64,000 nt of DNA from Vicinamibacteria bacterium. Its GTDB lineage: Bacteria > Acidobacteriota > Vicinamibacteria > Marinacidobacterales > Marinacidobacteraceae. The notes under the pieces were generated by a model. That model was not told where the DNA came from, did not search any database, and saw only the letters and a program-made list of their open reading frames with translations. Shown one piece after another: positions 1-9,049 of the stretch (position 1 is its first letter; each line of letters opens with the position of its first letter). The position numbers and the translations under genes are program-made. The stretch covers positions 512,001 through 576,000 of the forward strand of contig CAXXLQ010000004.1 of assembly GCA_963668695.2 (NCBI GenBank). The letters are read 5' to 3'.

Positions 1-510
1 GTTGCACCACTTCCCGAAGCTTGGGGGACAGGCCATCCAGTGCCGCCAGCAGACTGGCGCGCGCTTCGCGCCGTTCCAGGACGCGGTCCGGGCCGAGGAG
101 CGCATTCCCGGGAGTGCGTTCCAGCGGAGCCTCGTCCGGGAGCAGCCGCTGCCGCTCGCGGACCTTCGACCGGTAGCGGTCTATGCAGTAGTTCCGGGCG
201 ACGGAGTTCAGCCACACGGCGAAATGCGCCCGCGGGTCGAAGCGGTGCAGTTGGTGGTAGACCCGGACAATGATCTCCTGGGTCAGCTCTTCGGCCTCCT
301 GGTACTGGCCGGTAAAGCGATAGGCCATCGAGAAGAGACGCCGACGATGCCGCCCGATGAGGTCAGTCCACGCGGTATCGGGGTCCAGTTCGCCAGCCCG
401 GAGCGCCCGGATGGTTACGATGTCCTGTGAATTACGAAAGTCATCCGTTTCAGGTCCATCGCGGGCGCCGGCGGAGACTGCGGTCGGGTCGATGGTGGTG
501 AACTCGGTCA
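1..510 (-). CDS. ECF (sigma-70 group 4) RNA polymerase sigma factor, 3' end cut by the window edge; start uncertain
   Basis: Not in the ORF track (no stop in window). Manual minus-strand translation gives ...AWTDLIGRHRRRLFSMAYRFTGQYQEAEELTQEIIVRVYHQLHRFDPRAHFAVWLNSVARNYCIDRYR...LLAALDGLSPKLREVV, matching ECF region 2 and the start of region 4. Confidence 0.85.
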
Positions 511-529
511 GGATGAACGGTCGACGGGC

Positions 530-714
530 TAGCAGTCGGTGGTGGAACCCACGTGAGCGCCGAGGCCGGTGAGGCGCCCGGCTGACAAGGCGCGTGAGGG
601 AGGAATACCCGGTGTATTTCGACCGAAACGCAACGATGAGCGGCGCGCAGCGACGCGGTTCAGCCGGGATGGATCGCCGGCCGAACGCCGCGTGGGTTTC
701 GCCACAGGCTGCTA
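530..714 (+). mobile_element. MITE family A copy
   Basis: TA-GCAGTCGGTGG...CCACAGGCTGC-TA ends. Shared core GGCTGACAAGGCGCGTGAGGGAGGAATAC...GTATTTCGACCGAAACGCAACG. The right flank supplies the TAG stop of the adjacent gene. Confidence 0.85.
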
Positions 715-1533
715 GGTCTCAGGAACTTCGGGGCGCCCCGCCGCCACCCAGGCGGTGTACCAGAGACTCGCAGTGTTGCGCGCCGCGTCGGTCGTCAGCG
801 CTCCAATCAACCCGCCGAGCTCGTTCCACATGCCGTCCATGTAGAACCGGTCGAAGCCGGCGACCCCCCGGCGCGACATCAAGTCCGTGAAGATGATGTT
901 GTCCACCCAGATGTACGCCTTGAGCGGCAGCGAGCGGATGAACTCGTGCGGCCGATCGAGATACAGGGCGGCCGAGTCGCGCACCCGCAGCTTGTCGGCG
1001 AAGATCTCGATGAGTTGGGTGTCGAAGCGGCGGGCGAGACCGTCCTGTTGGGTGGCCTGTCCGTCTCCGGCGGCGGAAGTGTTCGGCGGAACCGCGAGTT
1101 CGCCTACGAGCCAGGCCACGTCGCTGGCGCGTTCCAGCGCGAGATCGAAGTCGGCCTCCTCGAACGCCTCGACGAGGGCGTCATGCGCTTCCAGAAGCCG
1201 CCAGAGCGCGTCGCCGTGTTCGGCGATCTCCTCCTCGGAAAAGCGCCTCAGCGCCAATTCGCGCGTTGCCGGTACGTCCCAGAAGGGAAACTCGTCGTAA
1301 CGCTCGAGGAAAAAGTGCGCCGGGTCGCGGCTGCGCGCCGGATCGTCGAGCAGTTCGTAAAACGTCTCCTCACGATCCTCGAAGAACTCCTTGAGGGGAT
1401 CGCGAAGGGATTCGATCGCCTTCTCTCCGATCTCCCGATGGCCCTCCGGGCCCCAGGACATGGCCGGACCAGCCCATACGGCCAGGCACGTGAAAGCCGT
1501 GAGCGCGCGAACCCGGCGCCGCGTGGTTTCCAT
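712..1533 (-). CDS. Secreted zinc-dependent phospholipase C / S1-P1 nuclease-like protein with degenerate metal ligands
   Basis: ATG at 1533, signal peptide then mature WGPEGH, plus GDALW and DGQATQQDG motifs of the family. The ORF-track extension to 2028 is repeat-derived. TAGAAT -10 at 1572-1577 on the minus strand. Confidence 0.75.
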   Translation of the reverse strand: METTRRRVRALTAFTCLAVWAGPAMSWGPEGHREIGEKAIESLRDPLKEFFEDREETFYELLDDPARSRDPAHFFLERYDEFPFWDVPATRELALRRFSEEEIAEHGDALWRLLEAHDALVEAFEEADFDLALERASDVAWLVGELAVPPNTSAAGDGQATQQDGLARRFDTQLIEIFADKLRVRDSAALYLDRPHEFIRSLPLKAYIWVDNIIFTDLMSRRGVAGFDRFYMDGMWNELGGLIGALTTDAARNTASLWYTAWVAAGRPEVPET

Positions 1534-1640
1534 GAGTAGTAAAGGCGATTGTCGCGTGGACGGCCGGACGAATTCTAGCCAGTGGCGGCGACCGGCGGAG
1601 TTTGCGCGGCTGGGAGCCCGAAGAGCCGCGTCGGCGCAGG

Positions 1641-2156
1641 GCAATCCGTGAACAAAGTCGCGCGAGCGCTTAACAGCCTGTGGTGGAACCCGGGTGAGCG
1701 CCGAGGTCGGTGAGGGGCCCGGCTGACAAGGCGCGTGAGGGAGGAGCCCCCACCGGGAGAACTGGCCCGGGTGTATTCCGACCGAAACGCAACGATGAGC
1801 GGCGCGAAGCAACGCGGTTGATGGACAGCCGGTCACCGGTGGATGGATCGCCGGCCGAACGCCGCCTGGGTTTTGCCACAGGCTGTTAACAGCCTGTGGT
1901 GGAACCCGGGTGAGCGCCGAGGTCGGTGAGGGGCCCGGCTGACAAGGCGCGTGAGGGAGGAGCCCCCACCGGGAGAACTGGCCCGGGTGTATTCCGACCG
2001 AAACGCAACGATGAGCGGCGCGAAGCAACGCGGTTCAGCCGGGATGGATCGCCGGCCGAGCCCCCACCGGGAGAACTGGGCCGCCCGGGTTTCACCACAG
2101 GCTGTTCAACGCCCAGCGGGAGAACCGGGCCGAGTACCTTTGTCCACGGGGCTGCC
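1641..2156 (+). mobile_element. Two tandem MITE A copies (1671-1888, 1887-2105) nested within remnant ends of an older copy
   Basis: Two full CAGCCTGTGG...CCACAGGCTG units share a TTAA junction. Partial left end at 1641-1669 and partial right end at ~2138-2155. Confidence 0.8.
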
Positions 2157-2168
2157 AGGACCGGCTGG

Positions 2169-2921
2169 TCAGGCCCCGCCCGAGCCCATGCTCCGGGCCA
2201 CCGTCAGGACATCCACCGGCCCGGCGCCAGCCCGGATCAGGGTCCGTACGGCCGCCTCCACGGTGCTCCCGGTAGTGAACACGTCGTCAACCAGAAGGAG
2301 GGGCCGGCCAACCAGTTGTTCAGGAAGCCGCCTTACCCGAAAAGCCCCCCGGACATTGCGGCGGCGGGCGCTCGGGGTGACCAGGGTTTGCGGAGGTCGA
2401 GCTCGCCGGCGCAGCACACTCCGCACCAGCGGAATCCCGAGCGCCCGGGCGACCGGCCTGGCGAGTTGTTCCGCCTGGTTGAACCCTCGACGTCGGCGGC
2501 GCCAGAACGGCAGGGGAACCGGGAGGACGGCGGCGGGAAGCATCGCCTCGCCGCCGGCTTCGCGATCCCTGGAAGCGTGACGGAAGGCGTAAGCGGCAGG
2601 CCCTGCCAGAAGCTCGGCGAGCACCTCCCGACGCCGGAACTTCAATTCAAGCAGGGCCCGCTGAAACACACCCTCGTAGGGCGCCGCCGCCACCGCCATC
2701 CGGAAAGGCCGCTTACGCACCCGGCATTCACCGCAGAGCCCCGGCGCCGCCGAAGGAGCGAAGAACAGGCCGCATTTCGGGCAGGCGGGGGCCGTCAGGG
2801 GACGGAGCCGGTCCACACACCCGGGGCACACCGGGCTGAGCAGGGGGTCCTCGAGAAATCCTTCACAAAGGCAGCAGCCCCGGGGGAAGAGGAGTTGTCC
2901 GAAACAACGCCTCCACCGCAT
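2169..2921 (-). CDS. comF: ComF family protein (double zinc ribbon + phosphoribosyltransferase fold)
   Basis: LFPRGCCLC, CPGC, CPKCG, CGEC, RGFNQA and LLVDDVFTTGST motifs. Start could be 2978. Confidence 0.9.
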   Translation of the reverse strand: MRWRRCFGQLLFPRGCCLCEGFLEDPLLSPVCPGCVDRLRPLTAPACPKCGLFFAPSAAPGLCGECRVRKRPFRMAVAAAPYEGVFQRALLELKFRRREVLAELLAGPAAYAFRHASRDREAGGEAMLPAAVLPVPLPFWRRRRRGFNQAEQLARPVARALGIPLVRSVLRRRARPPQTLVTPSARRRNVRGAFRVRRLPEQLVGRPLLLVDDVFTTGSTVEAAVRTLIRAGAGPVDVLTVARSMGSGGA

Positions 2922-3055
2922 TGCGAAGGATCCTCCCGCGGAATCCGGCAGGCGCCTCGGGTAGGGCTGCTCGGCCATGGAACGCAAACCCTTGCGGGAG
3001 GGGGGAGAGGAGGCCTGAGGCAAGCGAACTCCGCGGCGAGGACGCGAGAAGCCTT

Positions 3056-3873
3056 TTAGAGGATCCGGTAGTCCGTCAGGACACCGGCGGCGCACAACCT
3101 GACGTAGAGGTCCGTGACCATTACCCAGACCAGGCTCGCCCACGCGAAGTTCAGGTGGCGCAGATTCAGCCAGCTCATGCAGTCATAGGCGCACCGGCGC
3201 AGCGGCCGTCCCGACAGCCGGTCGAGGAACCCGCCCGCCAGGTGCCGCAACGAGTGACATCCCAAGGTGTATCCCGCGAGCAGCGCGGCGTTCACGGCCA
3301 TCACCACGGTTCCGACTCCGACGCCGAAGGAGACCTCCCCGGTGGCAGGATCGGCGAACTGGGTCGCTCCCCAGGTGTAGTAGAGATGGAATCCGATGAA
3401 GACCACCGCGACGTAGAGGAAGTAGCGGTGGACGTTTTGCAGGATGAGCGGGAAGCTGTTCTCGCCGCGGTAGACGTTCCACGGTTTGCCCACCGTGCAG
3501 GAGGCCGGACTGGCCCAGAAAGCCTTGTAGTACGAACCGCGGTAGTAGTAGCAGGTAAGTCGCAGCCCCGCCGGCGCCCAGAACAGGAACACACCCGGCG
3601 TCCAGGGCAGCAGAGCCGGCCACGCCGCGGGTTTCGGTCCGAACCAGGCGTGGGCCGTATCACCGAAGAGCACCGGCACGTGGATGGGCGATACGTAGTT
3701 GCCGAACTCCGCACCGTGATGCGCGAAGACCGCCCAGGTCGAATAGACGACGAAGACGCTAAGGCCAACGAAGTGGCCGTCGGTGTGATCCACCAGGGAT
3801 CGCGGCGCCTCGTGGCCCCGAAACGCTGCGGAACGGGTAGGACACCGCTGAGTCGGGGGAGCAATCGAGCCAC
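3056..3873 (-). CDS. Succinate dehydrogenase type F membrane anchor (Rv0249c-like) with a 1-nt frameshift near 3773
   Basis: RLTCYYYRGSYYKAFW, QNVHRYF and GCHSLRHL motifs. The N-terminal FGATRRRDPWW is in a different frame (GTG 3873) and joins FVGLSVFVVYSTW if one base is restored. Confidence 0.75.
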
Positions 3874-3887
3874 GCGGGCAGGAATTC

Positions 3888-4072
3888 TAGCGGCCTGTGG
3901 ACAAAGTGGCGTGAGCGCCGAGGCCGGTGAGGCGCCCGGCTGACAAGGCGCGCGAGGGAGGAATACCTGGTGTATTTCGACCGAAGCGCAACGATGAGCG
4001 ACGCGACGCGGCGTGGTTCAGCCGGGATGGATCGCCGGCCGAACGCCGCGTGACCTTGTCCACAGGCTGCTA
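3888..4072 (+). mobile_element. MITE family A copy
   Basis: TA-GCGGCCTGTGG...CCACAGGCTGC-TA ends and the conserved core. Confidence 0.85.
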
Positions 4073-4077
4073 GGCCA

Positions 4078-4130
4078 GGAGCGCCGGTCTTCAGACCGGC
4101 ATCGTGGCCCGAAGGGCCGCGAAACTCCCA
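4078..4130 (+). repeat. REP-like hairpin family B
   Basis: GGAG-CGCCGG-TCTTCAGA-CCGGC plus a second hairpin and GCGAAACTCCC tail, recurring elsewhere in the window. Confidence 0.7.
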
Positions 4131-4193
4131 AACTCAGCCACGCCCATCACCCGGACCCAACCCGGGACGGCGTAGCGCCGCTGCCCCGAAGGG

Positions 4194-5549
4194 TCAGACG
4201 GCCAGGGGCGGGGATCCCTCTGGCTCGCCGACGGGTACCCGGGGTCCCTCCTCCACGTCGAGATGCACTCCTCCGTACGTTCCGCACTCCGCGCAGGTAT
4301 CGCGCCAGTCCGGGCTGCGGGTTCCGCACACGGAACAGCTGTACTCGGCGGAAAGTGCCGGCTCCGCGGAAATGACCTCCCGGGCTCGGATCACCGCTTC
4401 GGCCAGATCGCCGCGGCCCTCCAGGATGCGCGAGAGGCGGGCGCCAAGTGCCGGGGCAGCCGACCGGGGCAGGTTGGCGAACATCTTGAGGGCATCGTCC
4501 AGCATGTAGAGGCGGTCGTACAGCTTTCCGAGCAGGTACTGGCTGTCGCCCGGGTTCTCAGCGGCGGTGATCGCTCGCTTCCAGACCGAGATCGCGTCCT
4601 CGGGACAGGTCCGGTCCAGGTAGTAGTCCTGGAGCGCGGAGAGGGGCGCCGTGGCTCCCGTCAGGTCGAACGCCTTCTGCCAGGTCTCGACGGCAGCCCT
4701 TTCGTTACCCCCGGCCAGGTACGCCTCCCCGAGGCGCACCCAGGCGGGTACAGCGCCGGGATCCTCCTCAAGGATGGCCCGGAAGACCCGCGCCGCCTCG
4801 GCCGGCTCGCCGTTGTCGAGCAGTTCCCTGCCGTACCTATGCCGGAGCGACAGCGTGCGCTGCTCTTCCGCAGCGCGGGCGGAGGGAGGAACGTGAGACA
4901 CCAGTTGCTGCTGGACCGACAGGGCGGCCTGGTTCTCGCCCGAGTCGACGAGGATGTCCCGCAACCGGGCGAGGGCCGTGATCGGAGCCTCGGGATCCTC
5001 GGAAATCGTTTTCTCGAGCAGCGCACGCGCCTGCTCCGGTTCTCCCATCGCCACCCGGGCCTCGGCCAGCGCGTACGACACCTCGCGATTCCCGCGATCC
5101 TCGGCCGCGGCCTGCTCCAGCGCTTCCGCAGCTTTTTCCGGCCGGCCGAGGCGTATGAGGCAATCGGCCTTGCGGCGGAGTGTCTTGATGTCGGCTCCCG
5201 CGTACTCCTGGGCGGCCTCGAAGCTCAGCAGCGCCTCCGGCCAGCGTCCGGATGCCATCTCATCGAGCCCGTCGAGATGCAGCCGCTCGCCCTCCTCGAG
5301 ATCCTGACGACCGCGGCGGAGGCGCCGTTCCCGAACCAGCCGCCGAACGCGTCCCGCGAGATCGAAAGCCAGCGCGACGGCGGCCCCGAGGCCCACGCCG
5401 CCGAGCATGACCTTCCAGAGTTCCACCCGAATCGGAAGGAAGAGCGGCAGGGTGACAGTCACGAACTGCGCGTTGGAAGCCACCACCACAACGAGGAAGC
5501 CCGCCGTCAGAAGGACCGCCGCCACAAGCAGCAGGGTGCGAATGCCCAT
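4194..5549 (-). CDS. LapA-LapB-like fusion: N-terminal membrane hairpin, TPR repeats and C-terminal rubredoxin-like domain
   Basis: ATG 5549 (MGIRTLLL). Two hydrophobic segments with NAQFVTVTL, TPR-like helices, and YSCSVCG...CAECG. Confidence 0.8.
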   Translation of the reverse strand: MGIRTLLLVAAVLLTAGFLVVVVASNAQFVTVTLPLFLPIRVELWKVMLGGVGLGAAVALAFDLAGRVRRLVRERRLRRGRQDLEEGERLHLDGLDEMASGRWPEALLSFEAAQEYAGADIKTLRRKADCLIRLGRPEKAAEALEQAAAEDRGNREVSYALAEARVAMGEPEQARALLEKTISEDPEAPITALARLRDILVDSGENQAALSVQQQLVSHVPPSARAAEEQRTLSLRHRYGRELLDNGEPAEAARVFRAILEEDPGAVPAWVRLGEAYLAGGNERAAVETWQKAFDLTGATAPLSALQDYYLDRTCPEDAISVWKRAITAAENPGDSQYLLGKLYDRLYMLDDALKMFANLPRSAAPALGARLSRILEGRGDLAEAVIRAREVISAEPALSAEYSCSVCGTRSPDWRDTCAECGTYGGVHLDVEEGPRVPVGEPEGSPPLAV

Positions 5550-5574
5550 CGGATCTCTATCTTTTGGTCGGATT

Positions 5575-5988
5575 CTAAGGGGTGTCCGGGGTGTCGGCGG
5601 CGGCGGCGGCGACCGCGGGTGGCGGCTCCGGATACCAGCGCCCGGCGTCGCCCCAGAGTCTTTCGAGCTGATACAGCTCGCGGCTCTCCGGCGAGAAGAC
5701 GTGGACCACGAAATCCACGTAGTCAGCGAGCAGCCAGCCGGCGGCCGGATACCCCTCGACGTGGTTGGGCTTTCGGCCAAAACGCTCTCGGAGGCGACGT
5801 TCGACGGCGTCCACGATCGTCCTGCGCCGCCGCTCGCTGCGTGCCGTGCCGATCACGAAGAAATCGGTGAAACCCGCAAGACCCCGGAGGTCGAGTACCA
5901 CCACTTCGTCGGCCTTTTCGATCAGCGCGGCCTCAGCCGATAGCCGGGCGCACGACTCTGCGGTGACGCTGGGAATGGATTCGCTCAA
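5575..5988 (-). CDS. rsfS: Ribosome silencing factor RsfS
   Basis: KADEVVVLDL, DFFVIGT and WLLADYVDFVVHVF...RELYQLERLW motifs; follows nadD. Confidence 0.95.
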   Translation of the reverse strand: MSESIPSVTAESCARLSAEAALIEKADEVVVLDLRGLAGFTDFFVIGTARSERRRRTIVDAVERRLRERFGRKPNHVEGYPAAGWLLADYVDFVVHVFSPESRELYQLERLWGDAGRWYPEPPPAVAAAAADTPDTP

Positions 5989-6656
5989 CGGTAAAACTCC
6001 TGTTCGGCGATGCGGGAAGCAACCCGGGAAGGCAGGAGATCGGAGACGGAAACCTGCGTACGGAGGAGTTCCCGAATCCGCTGGGACTCGGGATCCGGGA
6101 GGGAAATATCCATGGTGAAGACTCGCGGCGGCGTCAGGGGCAGGGAAAGATCATCAGTGATCCGGGACCGGAAGCGGGCAGGCAGAACGCCGACCGCCTC
6201 CGCGATGGAACATCCCGACCGGCGATGCACGAGGACCGGATGCCGGTTCAACAACTGCTCGTACCGGCTCCAGGTGCGGATTTCCCGGAACGCGTCCGTG
6301 CCGACCACGAACAGCACCGAAGCGCCGGCGCCGCTCGTCCGGGGCCGTTCGGCCGCCAGCGTATCGAGGGTGTCGAGTGTGAAGGACGGACCCTCGCGCT
6401 CGAGCTCGATGGAACTCGCCAGCAGGCGATCCCGGCCGAAGACCGCTTCCTCCACGAGCTGGAGCCGCTGCCGGCCCGAAAGACGCGGCGGCTCGGGGCG
6501 GTGGGGAGGAATCTTCGCCGGCACGAGCCAGACGGCATCGACCCCCATACGGTCGCGAACGGCTTCGGCCGCACGGACATGCCCCCAGTGCGGGGGATCG
6601 AAAGTCCCGCCGAACACCGCAATCACCCCGGGGCGCCGGACGGCAAAGTCCTTCAC
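5985..6656 (-). CDS. nadD: Nicotinate-nucleotide adenylyltransferase
   Basis: FGGTFDPPHWGH, PPHR, SFTLDTL and FVVGTDAF motifs; obg-nadD-rsfS synteny. Confidence 0.93.
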   Translation of the reverse strand: MKDFAVRRPGVIAVFGGTFDPPHWGHVRAAEAVRDRMGVDAVWLVPAKIPPHRPEPPRLSGRQRLQLVEEAVFGRDRLLASSIELEREGPSFTLDTLDTLAAERPRTSGAGASVLFVVGTDAFREIRTWSRYEQLLNRHPVLVHRRSGCSIAEAVGVLPARFRSRITDDLSLPLTPPRVFTMDISLPDPESQRIRELLRTQVSVSDLLPSRVASRIAEQEFYR

Positions 6657-7672
6657 GCCTCGGTCCGCCCTGCGTCGGTTGGCACCACCCGGGCGACAAG
6701 CTCGGCCACCAGGGCGGCGCAGCCCTCGCCGGTTGCCGCCGAGACTGCGAAGAAGGGCAAGCCTCCAGTCGCCGCCGCTCCGGAGAGCGCCTCAAGCCGG
6801 GCATCGTCGGTCAGGATGTCCGTCTTGTTGCCCACGACCAGGGCCGGTTTCCCTGGGAGGTCTCCGCCGTAGAGGGTCACCTCTTGCTGCAGGACGCCGA
6901 GATCGGCCGCCGGCGCCCGCCCCGACGACTCCGAGAGATCCACGAAATAAACCAGGAACGCGGTTCGCGACAGATGTTTCAGAAACCGCGTGCCCAACCC
7001 CGCGCCCTGGCTCGCCCCGGGAATGAGGCCGGGGAGGTCGGCGACCACGAATTCGGCGTCGTCCCCCAGCCGCACGAGCCCCAGATTCGGAGTGAGGGTC
7101 GTGAACGGGTAATCGCCGATGCGCGGCTTGGCAGCGCTCACCCGGGCAATGAAGGAGGACTTGCCGGCATTCGGAAAACCCACGAGGCCCACATCCGCAA
7201 GCAGCTTCAGCTCAAGCCGGACCGTGCGGGCGACCCCTGCCCCGCCGGGCTCGTTGCGCCGGGGCGCCTGGTTGGTGGGTGTCCGGAAGACGGCGTTCCC
7301 TCGTCCTCCGCGACCGCCGGGCGCCACCGTGAGGGAGCTTCCGTCCTCCACGAGATCCCCCAGCAGCACGCCCGTTTCCTCGTCGAAGGCCGCCGTGCCC
7401 GCAGGAATTCGCAGGAGGAGATCCTGCCCCGAACGCCCCTGCCGATTGTTGCCCGACCCGTGCCTCCCGGCTTCGGCCCGGTAGCTGGGCCGGTAGCGAT
7501 ACGCAGCCAGCGTGTGACGCCCCCGATCCGCAACCAGCACCACGCTGCCGCCGCGTCCCCCGTTACCGCCGTCGGGACCGCCCCGCGGCATGAACTTTTC
7601 CCGGCGAAAGCTGAGAGCGCCGTTCCCGCCGCGCCCTCCGGCCAGCTTCAGGACGACCTCGTCAACCAGCAT
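6653..7672 (-). CDS. obgE: GTPase ObgE
   Basis: MLVDEV...GGPDGGNGGRGG Obg fold, GFPNAGKS, YPFTT, DLPG and NKTD. ATG at 7672. Confidence 0.97.
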   Translation of the reverse strand: MLVDEVVLKLAGGRGGNGALSFRREKFMPRGGPDGGNGGRGGSVVLVADRGRHTLAAYRYRPSYRAEAGRHGSGNNRQGRSGQDLLLRIPAGTAAFDEETGVLLGDLVEDGSSLTVAPGGRGGRGNAVFRTPTNQAPRRNEPGGAGVARTVRLELKLLADVGLVGFPNAGKSSFIARVSAAKPRIGDYPFTTLTPNLGLVRLGDDAEFVVADLPGLIPGASQGAGLGTRFLKHLSRTAFLVYFVDLSESSGRAPAADLGVLQQEVTLYGGDLPGKPALVVGNKTDILTDDARLEALSGAAATGGLPFFAVSAATGEGCAALVAELVARVVPTDAGRTEA

Positions 7673-7680
7673 CAGCCACT

Positions 7681-7857
7681 CGTGGGGGAAGCGCCCCGCA
7701 CTGTTTCCTGGACGAAAGTCCCGCCGAATGTGCCGGTGTTTCCGAGTGCGGGGCGCTTCCCCCACGGGGTGATGCCGCGGTTCGCTTCGCGATCCGCGCC
7801 ATCGTTCTTCCTGGGGAGGGGAAACCCCTCGCCACCCCCGCGGCGCTCCGCGCCGGG
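7681..7857. repeat. Repeat family C (long inverted repeat plus GC hairpin)
   Basis: GTGGGGGAAGCGCCCCGCA...TGCGGGGCGCTTCCCCCAC. Related sequence at 30755-30940, 49725-49775 and 50127-50219. Confidence 0.7.
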
Positions 7858-7880
7858 CATCGAAACTCCCTTGCGCGCCA

Positions 7881-7949
7881 GGAGCGCCGGCCAGTTCTCC
7901 CGGTGGGGGCCTTCAGACCGGCATCGCCCGCGCAGGGGGCGAAACTCCC
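7881..7949 (+). repeat. REP-like family B carrying the 20-bp module in its loop
   Basis: GGAGCGCCGG-[CCAGTTCTCCCGGTGGGGGC]-CTTCAGACCGGCATCG...GCGAAACTCCC. Confidence 0.75.
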
Positions 7950-8277
7950 AATTTTCCGTAGCCGGGTTCCAGAGCGGTATCCGCGAGCGCGCTGCGGCGA
8001 GTTCCGATTCGTTGTTGCCTTTTGGTGAAAGGGGGGATGCCCCCCTTTCACACTTTCCCCCCGGTCTCGCGGGCAGCGAACAGAGTTCGCTGCCGTAAAT
8101 CTTTGCGCGCTCGGCGAGACGCGGCACAAAACCCCGGCGTTCCCACCGGTAGCGGTGCCCGACCGGGCACCCACCCGGAAGAACCCGCGGTGCACTCATG
8201 TCAGTTTCACCACGGCATCCGGACGGTCCGACGCGTCGGTCGGGGTTCGGCCGTTCGGGAATCCCCCCCTCGGGGAA

Positions 8278-8532
8278 TCAGTCCGAAGCGATCGAAATGA
8301 ACCGCCCGAGCCGGCCGCGGTTCCAGAACTGAACGACCCCGCCGATCTTGGCGAACAAGGTGTCGTCGTTCCCGCGCCCGACATTCGCGCCCGGCTTGAA
8401 CCGCGTACCCCGCTGCCGAACCAGGATGCTCCCGCCCGATACGCGTTCTCCGGCGAAGCGCTTGCAGCCGAGCCGCTTCGAGTGGCTGTCTCGCCCGTTT
8501 CTGGAGCTTCCCTGTCCCTTCTTGTGCGCCAC
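8278..8532 (-). CDS. rpmA: 50S ribosomal protein L27
   Basis: [16 protein letters not shown]...IVRQRGT-like motifs. Confidence 0.98.
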   Translation of the reverse strand: MAHKKGQGSSRNGRDSHSKRLGCKRFAGERVSGGSILVRQRGTRFKPGANVGRGNDDTLFAKIGGVVQFWNRGRLGRFISIASD

Positions 8533-8613
8533 GGTGACCTCCTGAGTGTCTCAGCCGCTTTTCTTCCGTCGTGACTTTTGTCCTGGCGTGCGCCCGACCC
8601 GCAGCGAACCGAT

Positions 8614-8976
8614 TTACTCCGCTGCGGCGGATCCGTCTCCGCCTGTCCCGTCCGGTGTTCCCTCGTGAATGGCCTCCACGAGAACCTGAACGCGAGCCTG
8701 CCGATGTCCCTTCTTTTTCCGGTAACCCTTGCGCCGCTTGCGCTTGAACACCAAGATCTTGGGGTCTCGGTAGTGCGCGAGAACGGTTGCCGAAACCGTC
8801 GTATCCGACAGGTAGGGACTGCCGATGCGGCACTCGCCGCCTTCCGGATCCCGCACCATCAGGACGCGGTCAAACGAAACGGTGTCGCCATTGGCGGCGT
8901 CGAGCTTTTCCAGCGCAAGGCGCTGGCCGGGCTCGGCGCGGTGCTGTTTGCCGCCGCTCTCGATGATTGCGTACAT
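8614..8976 (-). CDS. rplU: 50S ribosomal protein L21
   Basis: MYAIIESGGKQH...KRKRRKGYRKKKGHRQ. TAGAAT -10 at 9004-9009 on the minus strand. Confidence 0.98.
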   Translation of the reverse strand: MYAIIESGGKQHRAEPGQRLALEKLDAANGDTVSFDRVLMVRDPEGGECRIGSPYLSDTTVSATVLAHYRDPKILVFKRKRRKGYRKKKGHRQARVQVLVEAIHEGTPDGTGGDGSAAAE

Positions 8977-9049
8977 GAGGTATCTGCCCGGAGAAACGCG
9001 GGATTCTAACAGTCGAGAGCGTATTGCAGGCCGCTCCGAAGTACGGACA

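Noticed and set aside
2-430. Plus-strand 142-aa ORF
   Set aside because: It is the antisense shadow of the ECF sigma factor on the minus strand.
1534-2098. Repeated peptides such as GQFSRWG / PVLPVGA / RFGRNT in many short ORFs and N-terminal extensions
   Set aside because: They are translations of the MITE and the 20-bp module, not a protein family.
8027-8053. Hairpin GAAAGGGGG-ATG-CCCCCTTTC between rpmA and obgE as an intrinsic terminator
   Set aside because: There is a strong dyad but no clear U-tract on the transcribed minus strand, so function is unsupported.
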